64,000 nucleotides of DNA from Nemertoderma westbladi. Its lineage: Eukaryota; Animalia; Xenacoelomorpha. The position numbers were made by a program, and so were the translations under genes. The DNA lies in contig JAUCBJ010007720.1 in the NCBI GenBank assembly GCA_032718475.1, positions 62,001 to 126,000 of the forward strand. The letters run 5' to 3'. This document shows positions 15,601-30,600 of this stretch, piece after piece (position 1 is the first letter of the stretch; each line of letters begins with the position of its first letter). A model generated the notes under the pieces. The model was given only the letters and a program-made list of their open reading frames with translations, was not told where the DNA came from and ran no database searches.

Positions 15601-18600
15601 GAGTAGGCCTATCTGTACGTACAACATGTATCAATCCAGAGTAGGCCTACCTGTAAGTACAACATGTATCAATCCAGAGTAGGTCTATCTGTAAGTACAA
15701 CATGTATCAATCCAGAGTAGGCCTATCTGTAAGTATAACATGTATCAATCCAGAGTATATCTACCTGTAACTACAACATGTATCAATCCAGAGTAGGCCT
15801 ATCTGTAAGTACAACATGTATCAATCCAGAGTAGGTCTATCTGTACGTACAACATGTATCAATCCAGAGTAGGTCTACCTGTAAGTACAACATGTATCAA
15901 TCCAGAGTAGGTCTATCTGTACGTACAACATGTATCAATCCAGAGTAGGTCTACCTGTAAGTACAACATGTATCAATCCAGAGTAGGTCTATCTGTACGT
16001 ACAACATGTATCAATCCAGAGTAGGTCTACCTGTAAGTACAACATGTATCAATCCAGAGTAGGTCTATCTGTACGTACAACATGTATCAATCCAGAGTAG
16101 ACCTATCTGTAAGTACAACATGTATCAATCCAGAGTAGGTCTATCTGTACGTACAACATGTATCAATCCAGAGTAGGTCTATCTGTACGTACAACATGTA
16201 TCAATCCAGAGTAGGTCTACCTGTAAGTACAACATGTATCAATCCAGAGTAGGTCTATCTGTACGTACAACATGTATCAATCCAGAGTAGACCTATCTGT
16301 AAGTACAACATGTATCAATCCAGAGTAGGCCTATCTGTAAGTACAACATGTATCAATCCAGAGTAGGCCTATCTGTAAGTACAACATGTATCAATCCAGA
16401 GTAGGCCTATCTGTACGTACAACATGTATCAATCCAGAGTAGGCCTATCTGTACGTACAACATGTATCAATACAGAGTAGGCCTATCTGTAAGTACAACA
16501 TGTATCAATCCAGAGTAGGCCTATCTGTAAGTACAACATGTATCAATCCAGAGTAGGTCTATCTGTACGTACAACATGTATCAATCCAGAGTAGGTCTAC
16601 CTGTAAGTACAACATGTATCAATCCAGAGTAGGTCTATCTGTACGTACAACATGTATCAATCCAGAGTAGGTCTACCTGTAAGTACAACATGTATCAATC
16701 CAGAGTAGGTCTATCTGTACGTACAACATGTATCAATCCAGAGTAGGTCTACCTGTAAGTACAACATGTATCAATCCAGAGTAGGTCTATCTGTACGTAC
16801 AACATGTATCAATCCAGAGTAGGTCTACCTGTAAGTACAACATGTATCAATCCAGAGTAGGTCTATCTGTACGTACAACATGTATCAATCCAGAGTAGAC
16901 CTATCTGTAAGTACAACATGTATCAATCCAGAGTAGGTCTATCTGTACGTACAACATGTATCAATCCAGAGTAGGTCTATCTGTACGTACAACATGTATC
17001 AATCCAGAGTAGGTCTACCTGTAAGTACAACATGTATCAATCCAGAGTAGGTCTATCTGTACGTACAACATGTATCAATCCAGAGTAGACCTATCTGTAA
17101 GTACAACATGTATCAATCCAGAGTAGGCCTATCTGTAAGTACAACATGTATCAATCCAGAGTAGGCCTATCTGTAAGTACAACATGTATCAATCCAGAGT
17201 AGGCCTATCTGTACGTACAACATGTATCAATCCAGAGTAGGCCTATCTGTACGTACAACATGTATCAATCCAGAGTAGGCCTATCTGTAAGTACAACATG
17301 TATCAATCCAGAGTAGGCCTATCTGTAAGTACAACATGTATCAATCCAGAGTAGGCCTATCTGTAAGTACAACATGTATCAATCCAGAGTAGGCCTATCT
17401 GTACGTACAACATGTATCAATCCAGAGTAGGCCTATCTGTACGTACAACATGTATCAATCCAGAGTATATCTACCTGTAACTACAACATGTATCAATCCA
17501 GAGTAGGTCTATCTGTACGTACAACATGTATCAATCCAGAGTAGGTCTATCTGTAAGTATAACATGTATCAATCCAGAGTATATCTACCTGTAACTACAA
17601 CATGTATCAATCCAGAGTAGGTCTATCTGTACGTACAACATGTATCAATCCAGAGTAGGTCTATCTGTAAGTATAACATGTATCAATCCAGAGTATATCT
17701 ACCTGTAACTACAACATGTATCAATCCAGAGTAGGTCTATCTGTACGTACAACATGTATCAATCCAGAGTAGGTCTATCTGTAAGTATAACATGTATCAA
17801 TCCAGAGTATATCTACCTGTAACTACAACATGTATCAATCCAGAGTAGGTCTATCTGTAAGTACAACATGTATCAATCCAGAGTAGACCTATCTGTAAGT
17901 ACAACATGTATCAATCCAGAGTAGGTCTATCTGTACGTACAACACATATCAATCCAGAGTAGACCTATCTGTAAGTACAACATGTATCAATCCAGAGTAG
18001 GCCTATCTGTAAGTACAACATGTATCAATCCAGAGTAGGTCTATCTGTAAGTACAACATGTATCAATCCAGAGTAGGCCTATCTGTAAGTACAACATGTA
18101 TCAATCCAGAGTAGGTCTATCTGTAAGTACAACATGTATCAATCCAGAGTAGGCCTATTTGTAAGTACAACACATATCAATCCAGAGTAGGCCTATCTGT
18201 AAGTACAACATGTATCAATCCAGAGTAGGCCTACCTGTAAGTACAACATGTATCAATCCAGAGTAGACCTATCTGTAAGTACAACATGTATCAATCCAGA
18301 GTAGGCCTACCTGTAAGTACAACATGTATCAATCCAGAGTAGACCTACCTGTACGTACAACATGTATCAATCCAGAGTAGGCCTATCTGTAAGTACAACA
18401 TGTATCAATCCAGAGTAGGCCTATCTGTAAGTACAACATGTATCAATCCAGAGTAGGCCTACCTGTAAGTACAACATGTATCAATCCAGAGTAGACCGAC
18501 CTGTAAGTACAACATGTATCAATCCAGAGTAGGCCTACCTGTACGTACAACATGTATCAATCCAGAGTAGGTCTACCTGTAATTATAACATGTATCAATC

Positions 18601-21600
18601 CAGAGTATATCTACCTGTAACTACAACATGTATCAATCCAGAGTAGGTCTACCTGTAAGTACAACATGTATCTATCCAGAGTAGGTCTATCTGTAAGTAT
18701 AACATGTATCAATCCAGAGTATATCTACCTGTAACTACAACATGTATCAATCCAGAGTAGGTCTACCTGTAAGTACAACATGTATCTATCCAGAGTAGGT
18801 CTATCTGTAAGTATAACATGTATCAATCCAGAGTATATCTACCTGTAACTACAACATGTATCAATCCAGAGTAGGTCTACCTGTAAGTACAACATGTATC
18901 TATCCAGAGTAGGCCTATCTGTAAGTATAACATGTATCAATCCAGAGTATATCTACCTGTAACTACAACATGTATCAATCCAGAGTAGGTCTACCTGTAA
19001 GTACAACATGTATCTATCCAGAGTAGGTCTATCTGTAAGTATAACATGTATCAATCCAGAGTATATCTACCTGTAACTACAACATGTATCAATCCAGAGT
19101 AGGTCTACCTGTAAGTACAACATGTATCAATCCAGAGTAGGTCTATCTGTACGTACAACATGTATCAATCCAGAGTAGGTCTATCTGTACGTACAACATG
19201 TATCAATCCAGAGTAGGTCTATCTGTAAGTATAACATGTATCAATCCAGAGTATATCTACCTGTAACTACAACATGTATCAATCCAGAGTAGGTCTATCT
19301 GTACGTACAACATGTATCAATCCAGAGTAGGTCTATCTGTAAGTACAACATGTATCAATCCAGAGTAGACCTATCTGTAAGTACAACATGTATCAATCCA
19401 GAGTAGGTCTATCTGTACGTACAACACATATCAATCCAGAGTAGACCTATCTGTAAGTACAACATGTATCAATCCAGAGTAGGCCTATCTGTAAGTACAA
19501 CATGTATCAATCCAGAGTAGGTCTATCTGTAAGTACAACATGTATCAATCCAGAGTAGGCCTATCTGTAAGTACAACATGTATCAATCCAGAGTAGGTCT
19601 ATCTGTAAGTACAACATGTATCAATCCAGAGTAGGCCTATCTGTAAGTACAACACATATCAATCCAGAGTAGGCCTATCTGTAAGTACAACATGTATCAA
19701 TCCAGAGTAGGCCTACCTGTAAGTACAACATGTATCAATCCAGAGTAGACCTATCTGTAAGTACAACATGTATCAATCCAGAGTAGGCCTACCTGTAAGT
19801 ACAACATGTATCAATCCAGAGTAGACCTACCTGTACGTACAACATGTATCAATCCAGAGTAGGCCTATCTGTAAGTACAACATGTATCAATCCAGAGTAG
19901 GCCTATCTGTAAGTACAACATGTATCAATCCAGAGTAGGTCTATCTGTAAGTACAACATGTATCAATCCAGAGTAGGTCTATCTGTAAGTACAACACATA
20001 TCAATCCAGAGTAGGCCTATCTGTAAGTACAACATGTATCAATCCAGAGTAGGCCTACCTGTAAGTACAACATGTATCAATCCAGAGTAGACCGACCTGT
20101 AAGTACAACATGTATCAATCCAGAGTAGGCCTACCTGTAAGTACAACATGTATCAATCCAAAGTAGGTCTATCTGTAAGTACAACATGTATCAATCCAGA
20201 GTAGGTCTATCTGTAAGTACAACACATATCAATCCAGAGTAGGCCTATCTGTAAGTACAACATGTATCAATCCAGAGTAGGCCTACCTGTAAGTACAACA
20301 TGTATCAATCCAGAGTAGACCGACCTGTAAGTACAACATGTATCAATCCAGAGTAGGCCTATCTGTAAGTACAACATGTATCAATCCAGAGTAGGTCTAT
20401 CTGTACGTACAACATGTATCAATCCAGAGTAGGCCTATCTGTAAGTATAACATGTATCAATCCAGAGTAGGTCTATCTGTAAGTATAACATGTATCAATC
20501 CAGAGTATATCTACCTGTAACTACAACATGTATCAATCCAGAGTAGGTCTATCTGTAAGTACAAAATGTATCAATACAGAGTAGACCTACCTGTAAGTAC
20601 AACATGTATCAATCCAGAGTAGGCCTACCTGTAAGTACAACATGTATCAATCCAGAGTAGACCTACCTGTACGTACAACATGTATCAATCCAGAGTAGGC
20701 CTATCTGTAAGTACAACATGTATCAATCCAGAGTAGGCCTATCTGTAAGTACAACATGTATCAATCCAGAGTAGGTCTATCTGTAAGTACAACATGTATC
20801 AATCCAGAGTAGGCCTATCTGTAAGTACAGCATGTATCAATCCAGAGTAGGCCTATCTGTACGTACAACATGTATCAATCCAGAGTAGGCCTACCTGTAA
20901 GTACAACATGTATCAATCCAGAGTAGGTCTATCTGTAAGTATAACATGTATCAATCCAGAGTATATCTACCTGTAACTACAACATGTATCAATCCAGAGT
21001 AGGTCTATCTGTAAGTACAACATGTATCAATCCAGAGTAGGTCTATCTGTAAGTACAACACATATCAATCCAGAGTAGACCTATCTGTAAGTACAACATG
21101 TATCAATCCAGAGTATATCTACCTGTAACTACAACATGTATCAATCCAGAGTAGGCCTATCTGTAAGTACAACATGTATCAATCCAGAGTAGGTCTATCT
21201 GTAAGTACAACATGTATCAATCCAGAGTAGGCCTATCTGTAAGTACAACATGTATCAATCCAGAGTAGGTCTATCTGTAAGTACAACATGTATCAATCCA
21301 GAGTATATCTACCTGTAACTACAACATGTATCAATCCAGAGTAGGCCTATCTGTAAGTACAACATGTATCAATCCAGAGTATATCTACCTGTAACTACAA
21401 CATGTATCAATCCAGAGTAGGCCTATCTGTAAGTACAACATGTATCAATCCAGAGTATATCTACCTGTAACTACAACATGTATCAATCCAGAGTAGGCCT
21501 ATCTGTAAGTACAAAATGTATCAATACAGAGTAGGCCTACCTGTAAGTACAACATGTATCAATCCAGAGTAGGTCTATCTGTAAGTACAACATGTATCAA

Positions 21601-24600
21601 TCCAGAGTAGGTCTATCTGTAAGTACAACATGTATCAATCCAGAGTAGGTCTATCTGTAAGTACAACATGTATCAATCCAGAGTAGGCCTATCTGTAAGT
21701 ACAAAATGTATCAATACAGAGTAGACCTATCTGTAAGTACAACATGTATCAATCCAGAGTAGGCCTATCTGTAACTACAAAATGTATCAATCCAGAGTAG
21801 GCCTATCTGTAAGTATAACATGTATCAATCCAGAGTATATCTACCTGTAACTACAACATGTATCAATCCAGAGTAGGTCTATCTGTAAGTACAACATGTA
21901 TCAATCCAGAGTAGGCCTATCTGTAAGTATAACATGTATCAATCCAGAGTATATCTACCTGTAACTACAACATGTATCAATCCAGAGTAGGCCTATCTGT
22001 AAGTACAAAATGTATCAATACAGAGTAGACCTACCTGTAAGTACAACATGTATCAATCCAGAGTAGGTCTATCTGTAAGTACAACATGTATCAATCCAGA
22101 GTAGGTCTATCTGTAAGTACAACATGTATCAATCCAGAGTAGGCCTATCTGTAAGTACAAAATGTATCAATACAGAGTAGACCTACCTGTAAGTACAACA
22201 TGTATCAATCCAGAGTAGGTCTATCTGTAAGTACAACATGTATCAATCCAGAGTAGGTCTATCTGTAAGTACAACATGTATCAATCCAGAGTAGGTCTAT
22301 CTGTAAGTACAACATGTATCAATCCAGAGTAGGCCTATCTGTAAGTACAACATGTATCAATCCAGAGTAGGTCTATCTGTAAGTACAACATGTATCAATC
22401 CAGAGTAGGTCTATCTGTAAGTACAACATGTATCAATCCAGAGTAGGTCTATCTGTAAGTACAACATGTATCAATCCAGAGTAGGCCTATCTGTAAGTAC
22501 AAAATGTATCAATACAGAGTAGACCTATCTGTAAGTACAACATGTATCAATCCAGAGTAGGCCTATCTGTAACTACAAAATGTATCAATCCAGAGTAGGC
22601 CTATCTGTAAGTATAACATGTATCAATCCAGAGTAGGCCTATCTGTAAGTATAACATGTATCAATCCAGAGTATATCTACCTGTAACTACAACATGTATC
22701 AATCCAGAGTAGGTCTATCTGTAAGTACAACATGTATCAATCCAGAGTAGGTCTATCTGTACGTACAACATGTATCAATACAGAGTAGACCTATCTGTAA
22801 CTACAACATGTATCAATCCAGAGTAGGTCTATCTGTAAGTACAACATGTATCAATCCAGAGTAGGCCTACCTGTAAGTACAACATGTATCAATCCAGAGT
22901 AGGCCTATCTGTAAGTATAACATGTATCAATCCAGAGTATATCTACCTGTAACTACAACATGTATCAATCCAGAGTAGGCCTATCTGTAAGTACAAAATG
23001 TATCAATACAGAGTAGACCTACCTGTAAGTACAACATGTATCAATCCAGAGTAGGCCTATCTGTAAGTATAACATGTATCAATCCAGAGTAGGCCTATCT
23101 GTAAGTACAACATGTATCAATACAGAGTAGACCTATCTGTAACTACAACATGTATCAATCCAGAGTAGGTCTATCTGTAAGTACAACATGTATCAATCCA
23201 GAGTAGGTCTATCTGTAAGTACAACATGTATCAATCCAGAGTAGGCCTATCTGTAAGTACAAAATGTATCAATACAGAGTAGACCTACCTGTAAGTACAA
23301 CATGTATCAATCCAGAGTAGGTCTATCTGTAAGTACAACATGTATCAATCCAGAGTAGGTCTATCTGTAAGTACAACATGTATCAATCCAGAGTAGGCCT
23401 ATCTGTAAGTACAAAATGTATCAATACAGAGTAGACCTATCTGTAAGTACAACATGTATCAATCCAGAGTAGGCCTATCTGTAAGTATAACATGTATCAA
23501 TCCAGAGTATATCTACCTGTAACTACAACATGTATCAATCCAGAGTAGGCCTATCTGTAAGTACAAAATGTATCAATACAGAGTAGGCCTCTCTGTAAGT
23601 AAAGCATGTATCAATCCAGAGTAGGTCTATCTGTACGTACAACATGTATCAATACAGAGTAGACCTATCTGTAAGTACAACATGTATCAATCCAGAGTAG
23701 GCCTATCTGTAAGTATAACATGTATCAATCCAGAGTATATCTACCTGTAACTACAACATGTATCAATCCAGAGTAGGCCTATCTGTAAGTACAAAATGTA
23801 TCAATACAGAGTAGACCTATCTGTAAGTACAACATGTATCAATCCAGAGTAGGCCTATCTGTAAGTATAACATGTATCAATCCAGAGTATATCTACCTGT
23901 AACTACAACATGTATCAATCCAGAGTAGGCCTATCTGTAAGTACAAAATGTATCAATACAGAGTAGACCTATCTGTAAGTACAACATGTATCAATCCAGA
24001 GTAGGCCTATCTGTAAGTATAACATGTATCAATCCAGAGTATATCTACCTGTAACTACAACATGTATCAATCCAGAGTAGGCCTATCTGTAAGTACAAAA
24101 TGTATCAATACAGAGTAGACCTATCTGTAAGTACAACATGTATCAATCCAGAGTAGGCCTCTCTGTAAGTAAAGCATGTATCAATCCAGAGTAGGTCTAT
24201 CTGTACGTACAACATGTATCAATACAGAGTAGACCTATCTGTAAGTACAACATGTATCAATACAGAGTAGACCTATCTGTAAGTACAACATGTATCAATC
24301 CAGAGTATATCTACCTGTAACTACAACATGTATCAATCCAGAGTAGGCCTATCTGTAAGTACAAAATGTATCAATCCAGAGTAGGCCTATCTGTAAGTAC
24401 TACATGTATCAATCCAGAGTAGACCTATCTGTAAGTACAACATGTATCAATCCAGAGTAGACCTATCTGTAAGTACAACATGTATCAATCCAGAGTAGAC
24501 CTACCTGTATCTGTAAGTACAACATGTATCAATCCAGAGTAGGCCTATCTGTAAGTATAACATGTATCAATCCAGAGTAGACCTATCTGTAAGTACAACA

Positions 24601-27600
24601 TGTATCAATCCAGAGTAGACCTACCTGTATCTGTAAGTACAACATGTATCAATCCAGAGTAGGCCTATCTGTAAGTATAACATGTATCAATCCAGAGTAT
24701 ATCTACCTGTAACTACAACATGTATCAATCCAGAGTAGGCCTATCTGTAAGTACAAAATGTATCAATACAGAGTAGACCTATCTGTAAGTACAACATGTA
24801 TCAATCCAGAGTAGGCCTCTCTGTAAGTAAAGCATGTATCAATCCAGAGTAGGTCTATCTGTACGTACAACATGTATCAATACAGAGTAGACCTATCTGT
24901 AAGTACAACATGTATCAATACAGAGTAGACCTATCTGTAAGTACAACATGTATCAATCCAGAGTATATCTACCTGTAACTACAACATGTATCAATCCAGA
25001 GTAGGCCTATCTGTAAGTACAAAATGTATCAATCCAGAGTAGGCCTATCTGTAAGTACTACATGTATCAATCCAGAGTAGACCTATCTGTAAGTACAACA
25101 TGTATCAATCCAGAGTAGACCTACCTGTATCTGTAAGTACAACATGTATCAATCCAGAGTAGACCTATCTGTACGTACAACATGTATCAATCCAGAGTAG
25201 GCCTACCTGTAAGTACAACATGTATCAATCCAGAGTAGGCCTATCTGTAAGTACAACATGTATCAATCCAGAGTAGACCTATCTGTAAGTACAACATGTA
25301 TCAATCCAGAGTAGGCCTATCTGTAAGTACTACATGTATCAATCCAGAGTAGGCCTACCTGTAAGTACAACATGTATCAATCCAGAGTAGACCTACCTGT
25401 AAGTACAACATGTATCAATCCAGAGTAGACCTACCTGTAAGTACAACATGTATCAATACAGAGTAGGCCTACCTGTAAGTACAACATGTATCAATCCAGA
25501 GTAGGCCTATCTGTAAGTACTACATGTATCAATCCAGAGTAGGCCTACCTGTAAGTACAACATGTATCAATCCAGAGTATATCTACCTGTAACTACAACA
25601 TGTATCAATCCAGAGTAGACCTACCTGTAAGTACAACATGTATCAATACAGAGTAGGCCTACCTGTAAGTACAACATGTATCAATCCAGAGTAGGCCTAC
25701 CTGTAAGTACAACATGTATCAATCCAGAGTAGGCCTATCTGTAAGTACTACATGTATCAATCCAGAGTAGACCTATCTGTAAGTATAACATGTATCAATC
25801 CAGAGTATATCTACCTGTAACTACAACATGTATCAATCCAGAGTAGACCTACCTGTAAGTACAACATGTATCAATACAGAGTAGGCCTACCTGTAAGTAC
25901 AACATGTATCAATCCAGAGTAGGCCTATCTGTAAGTACTACATGTATCAATCCAGAGTAGACCTATCTGTAAGTACAACATGTATCAATCCAGAGTAGAC
26001 CTACCTGTATCTGTAAGTACAACATGTATCAATCCAGAGTAGGCCTACCTGTAAGTACAACATGTATCAATCCAGATTAGGCCTATCTGTAAGTATAACA
26101 TGTATCAATCCAGAGTATATCTACCTGTAAGTACAACATGTATCAATCCAGAGTAGGCCTATCTGTAAGTACTACATGTATCAATCCAGAGTAGACCTAT
26201 CTGTAAGTACAACATGTATCAATCCAGAGTAGACCTATCTGTAAGTACTACATGTATCAATCCAGAGTAGACCTATCTGTAAGTATAACATGTATCAATC
26301 CAGAGTATATCTACCTGTAAGTACAACATGTATCAATCCAGAGTAGGCCTATCTGTAAGTACTACATGTATCAATCCAGAGTAGACCTATCTGTAAGTAC
26401 AACATGTATCAATCCAGAGTAGACCTATCTGTAAGTACTACATGTATCAATCCAGAGTATATCTACCTGTAACTACAACATGTATCAATCCAGAGTAGGT
26501 CTATCTGTAAGTACAACATGTATCAATCCAGAGTAGGTCTATCTGTAAGTACAACATGTATCAATCCAGAGTAGGCCTACCTGCAAGTACAACATGTATC
26601 AATCCAGAGTAGGCCTCTCTGTAAGTAAAGCATGTATCAATCCAGAGTAGGTCTATCTGTACGTACAACATGTATCAATACAGAGTAGACCTATCTGTAA
26701 GTACAACATGTATCAATCCAGAGTAGGCCTATCTGTAAGTATAACATGTATCAATCCAGAGTATATCTACCTGTAACTACAACATGTATCAATCCAGAGT
26801 AGGCCTATCTGTAAGTACAAAATGTATCAATACAGAGTAGACCTATCTGTAAGTACAACATGTATCAATCCAGAGTAGGCCTCTCTGTAAGTAAAGCATG
26901 TATCAATCCAGAGTAGGTCTATCTGTAAGTACAACATGTATCAATCCAGAGTAGGCCTCTCTGTAAGTAAAGCATGTATCAATCCAGAGTAGGTCTATCT
27001 GTAACTACAACATGTATCAATCCAGAGTAGGTCTATCTGTAAGTACAACATGTATCAATCCAGAGTAGGCCTACCTGCAAGTACAACATGTATCAATCCA
27101 GAGTAGGCCTCTCTGTAAGTAAAGCATGTATCAATCCAGAGTAGGTCTATCTGTACGTACAACATGTATCAATACAGAGTAGACCTATCTGTAAGTACAA
27201 CATGTATCAATCCAGAGTAGGCCTATCTGTAAGTATAACATGTATCAATCCAGAGTATATCTACCTGTAACTACAACATGTATCAATCCAGAGTAGGCCT
27301 ATCTGTAAGTACAAAATGTATCAATACAGAGTAGACCTATCTGTAAGTACAACATGTATCAATCCAGAGTAGGCCTATCTGTAAGTATAACATGTATCAA
27401 TCCAGAGTATATCTACCTGTAACTACAACATGTATCAATCCAGAGTAGGCCTATCTGTAAGTACAAAATGTATCAATACAGAGTAGACCTATCTGTAAGT
27501 ACAACATGTATCAATCCAGAGTAGGCCTATCTGTAAGTATAACATGTATCAATCCAGAGTATATCTACCTGTAACTACAACATGTATCAATCCAGAGTAG

Positions 27601-30600
27601 GCCTATCTGTAAGTACAAAATGTATCAATACAGAGTAGACCTATCTGTAAGTACAACATGTATCAATCCAGAGTAGGCCTATCTGTAAGTACTACATGTA
27701 TCAATCCAGAGTAGACCTATCTGTAAGTACAACATGTATCAATCCAGAGTAGACCTACCTGTATCTGTAAGTACAACATGTATCAATCCAGAGTAGGCCT
27801 ACCTGTAAGTACAACATGTATCAATCCAGATTAGGCCTATCTGTAAGTACAACATGTATCAATCCAGAGTAGACCTATCTGTACGTACAACATGTATCAA
27901 TCCAGAGTAGGCCTATCTGTAAGTATAACATGTATCAATCCAGAGTATATCTACCTGTAACTACAACATGTATCAATCCAGAGTAGACCTACCTGTAAGT
28001 ACAACATGTATCAATACAGAGTAGGCCTACCTGTAAGTACAACATGTATCAATCCAGAGTAGGCCTATCTGTAAGTACTACATGTATCAATCCAGAGTAG
28101 ACCTATCTGTAAGTACAACATGTATCAATCCAGAGTAGACCTACCTGTATCTGTAAGTACAACATGTATCAATCCAGAGTAGGCCTACCTGTAAGTACAA
28201 CATGTATCAATCCAGATTAGGCCTATCTGTAAGTATAACATGTATCAATCCAGAGTATATCTACCTGTAAGTACAACATGTATCAATCCAGAGTAGGCCT
28301 ATCTGTAAGTACTACATGTATCAATCCAGAGTAGACCTATCTGTAAGTACAACATGTATCAATCCAGAGTAGGCCGACCTGTAAGTACAACATGTATCAA
28401 TCCAGAATAGGCCTATCTGTAAGTACAACATGTATCAATCCAGAGTAGGCCTACCTGTAAGTACAACATGTATCAATCCAGAGTAGGCCTACCTGTAAGT
28501 ACAGCATGTATCAATCCAGAGTAGGCCTACCTGTAAGTACAACATGTATCAATCCAGAGTAGGCCTATCTGTAAGTACTACATGTATCAATCCAGAGTAG
28601 ACCTATCTGTAAGTACAACATGTATCAATCCAGAGTAGGCCTACCTGTAAGTACAGCATGTATCAATCCAGAGTAGGCCTATCTGTAAGTACAACATGTA
28701 TCAATCCAGAGTAGGTCTATCTGTACGTACAACACATATCAATCCAGAGTAGGTCTATCTGTACGTACAACATGTATCAATCCAGAGTAGGCCTACCTGT
28801 ACGTACAACATGTATCAATCCAGAGTAGGCCTATCTGTAAGTACAACATGTATCAATCCAGAGTAGGCCTATCTGTAAGTATAACATGTATCAATCCAGA
28901 GTATATCTACCTGTAAGTACAACATGTATCAATCCAGAGTAGACCTATCTGTAAGTACAACATGTATCAATCCAGAGTAGGCCTATCTGTAAGTACAACA
29001 TGTATCAATCCAGAGTAGGCCTATCTGTAAGTACAACATGTATCAATCCAGAGTAGACCTACCTGTAAGTACAAAATGTATCAATACAGAGTAGACCTAT
29101 CTGTAAGTACAACACATATCAATACAGAGTAGACCTATCTGTAAGTACAACATGTATCAATCCAGAGTAGGCCTATCTGTAAGTACAACATGTATCAATC
29201 CAGAGTAGACCTATCTGTAAGTACAACACATATCAATACAGAGTAGACCTATCTGTAAGTACAACATGTATCAATCCAGAGTAGGCCTATCTGTAAGTAC
29301 AACATGTATCAATCCAGAGTAGACCTATCTGTAAGTACAACATGTATCAATCCAGAGTAGACCTACCTGTAAGTACAAAATGTATCAATACAGAGTAGAC
29401 CTATCTGTAAGTACAACACATATCAATACAGAGTAGACCTACCTGTAAGTACAAAATGTATCAATACAGAGTAGGCCTATCTGTAAGTACAACATGTATC
29501 AATCCAGAGTAGGTCTATCTGTAAGTACAACATGTATCAATCCAGAGTAGACCTACCTGTAAGTACAAAATGTATCAATCCAGAGTAGGCCTATCTGTAA
29601 GTACAGCATGTATCAATACAGAGTAGACCTACCTGTAAGTACAACATGTATCAATCCAGAGTAGGCCTATCTGTAAGTACAACATGTATCAATCCAGAGT
29701 AGACCTATCTTTAAGTACAACACATATCAATCCAGAGTAGACCTACCTGTAAGTACAAAATGTATCAATACAGAGTAGACCTATCTGTAAGTACAACACA
29801 TATCAATACAGAGTAGGCCAATCTGTAAGTACAACATGTATCAATCCAGAGTATATCTACCTGTAACTACAACATGTATCAATCCAGAGTAGGCCTATCT
29901 GTAAGTACAACATGTATCTATCCAGAGTAGGCCTACCTGTACGTACAACATGTATCAATCCAGAGTAGGCCTACCTGTACGTACAACATGTATCAATCCA
30001 GAGTAGGCCTATCTGTAAGTACAACACATATCAATCCAGAGTAGACCTATCTGTAAGTACAACATGTATCAATCCAGAGTAGGCCTATCTGTACGTACAA
30101 CACATATCAATCCAGAGTAGGTCTATCTGTAAGTACAACATGTATCAATCCAGAGTAGGCCTACCTGTACGTACAACATGTATCAATCCAGAGTAGGCCT
30201 ATCTGTAAGTACAACACATATCAATCCAGAGTAGACCTATCTGTAAGTACAACATGTATCAATCCAGAGTAGGCCTACCTGTACGTACAACATGTATCAA
30301 TCCAGAGTAGGCCTACCTGTACGTACAACATGTATCAATCCAGAGTAGGCCTATCTGTAAGTACAACACATATCAATCCAGAGTAGACCTATCTGTAACT
30401 ACAACATGTATCAATCCAGAGTAGGTCTATCTGTACGTACAACACATATCAATCCAGAGTAGGTCTATCTGTAAGTACAACATGTATCAATCCAGAGTAG
30501 GCCTATCTGTAAGTACAACATGTATCAATCCAGAGTAGGCCTACCTGTAAGTACAACACATATCAATCCAGAGTAGACCTATCTGTAAGTACAACATGTA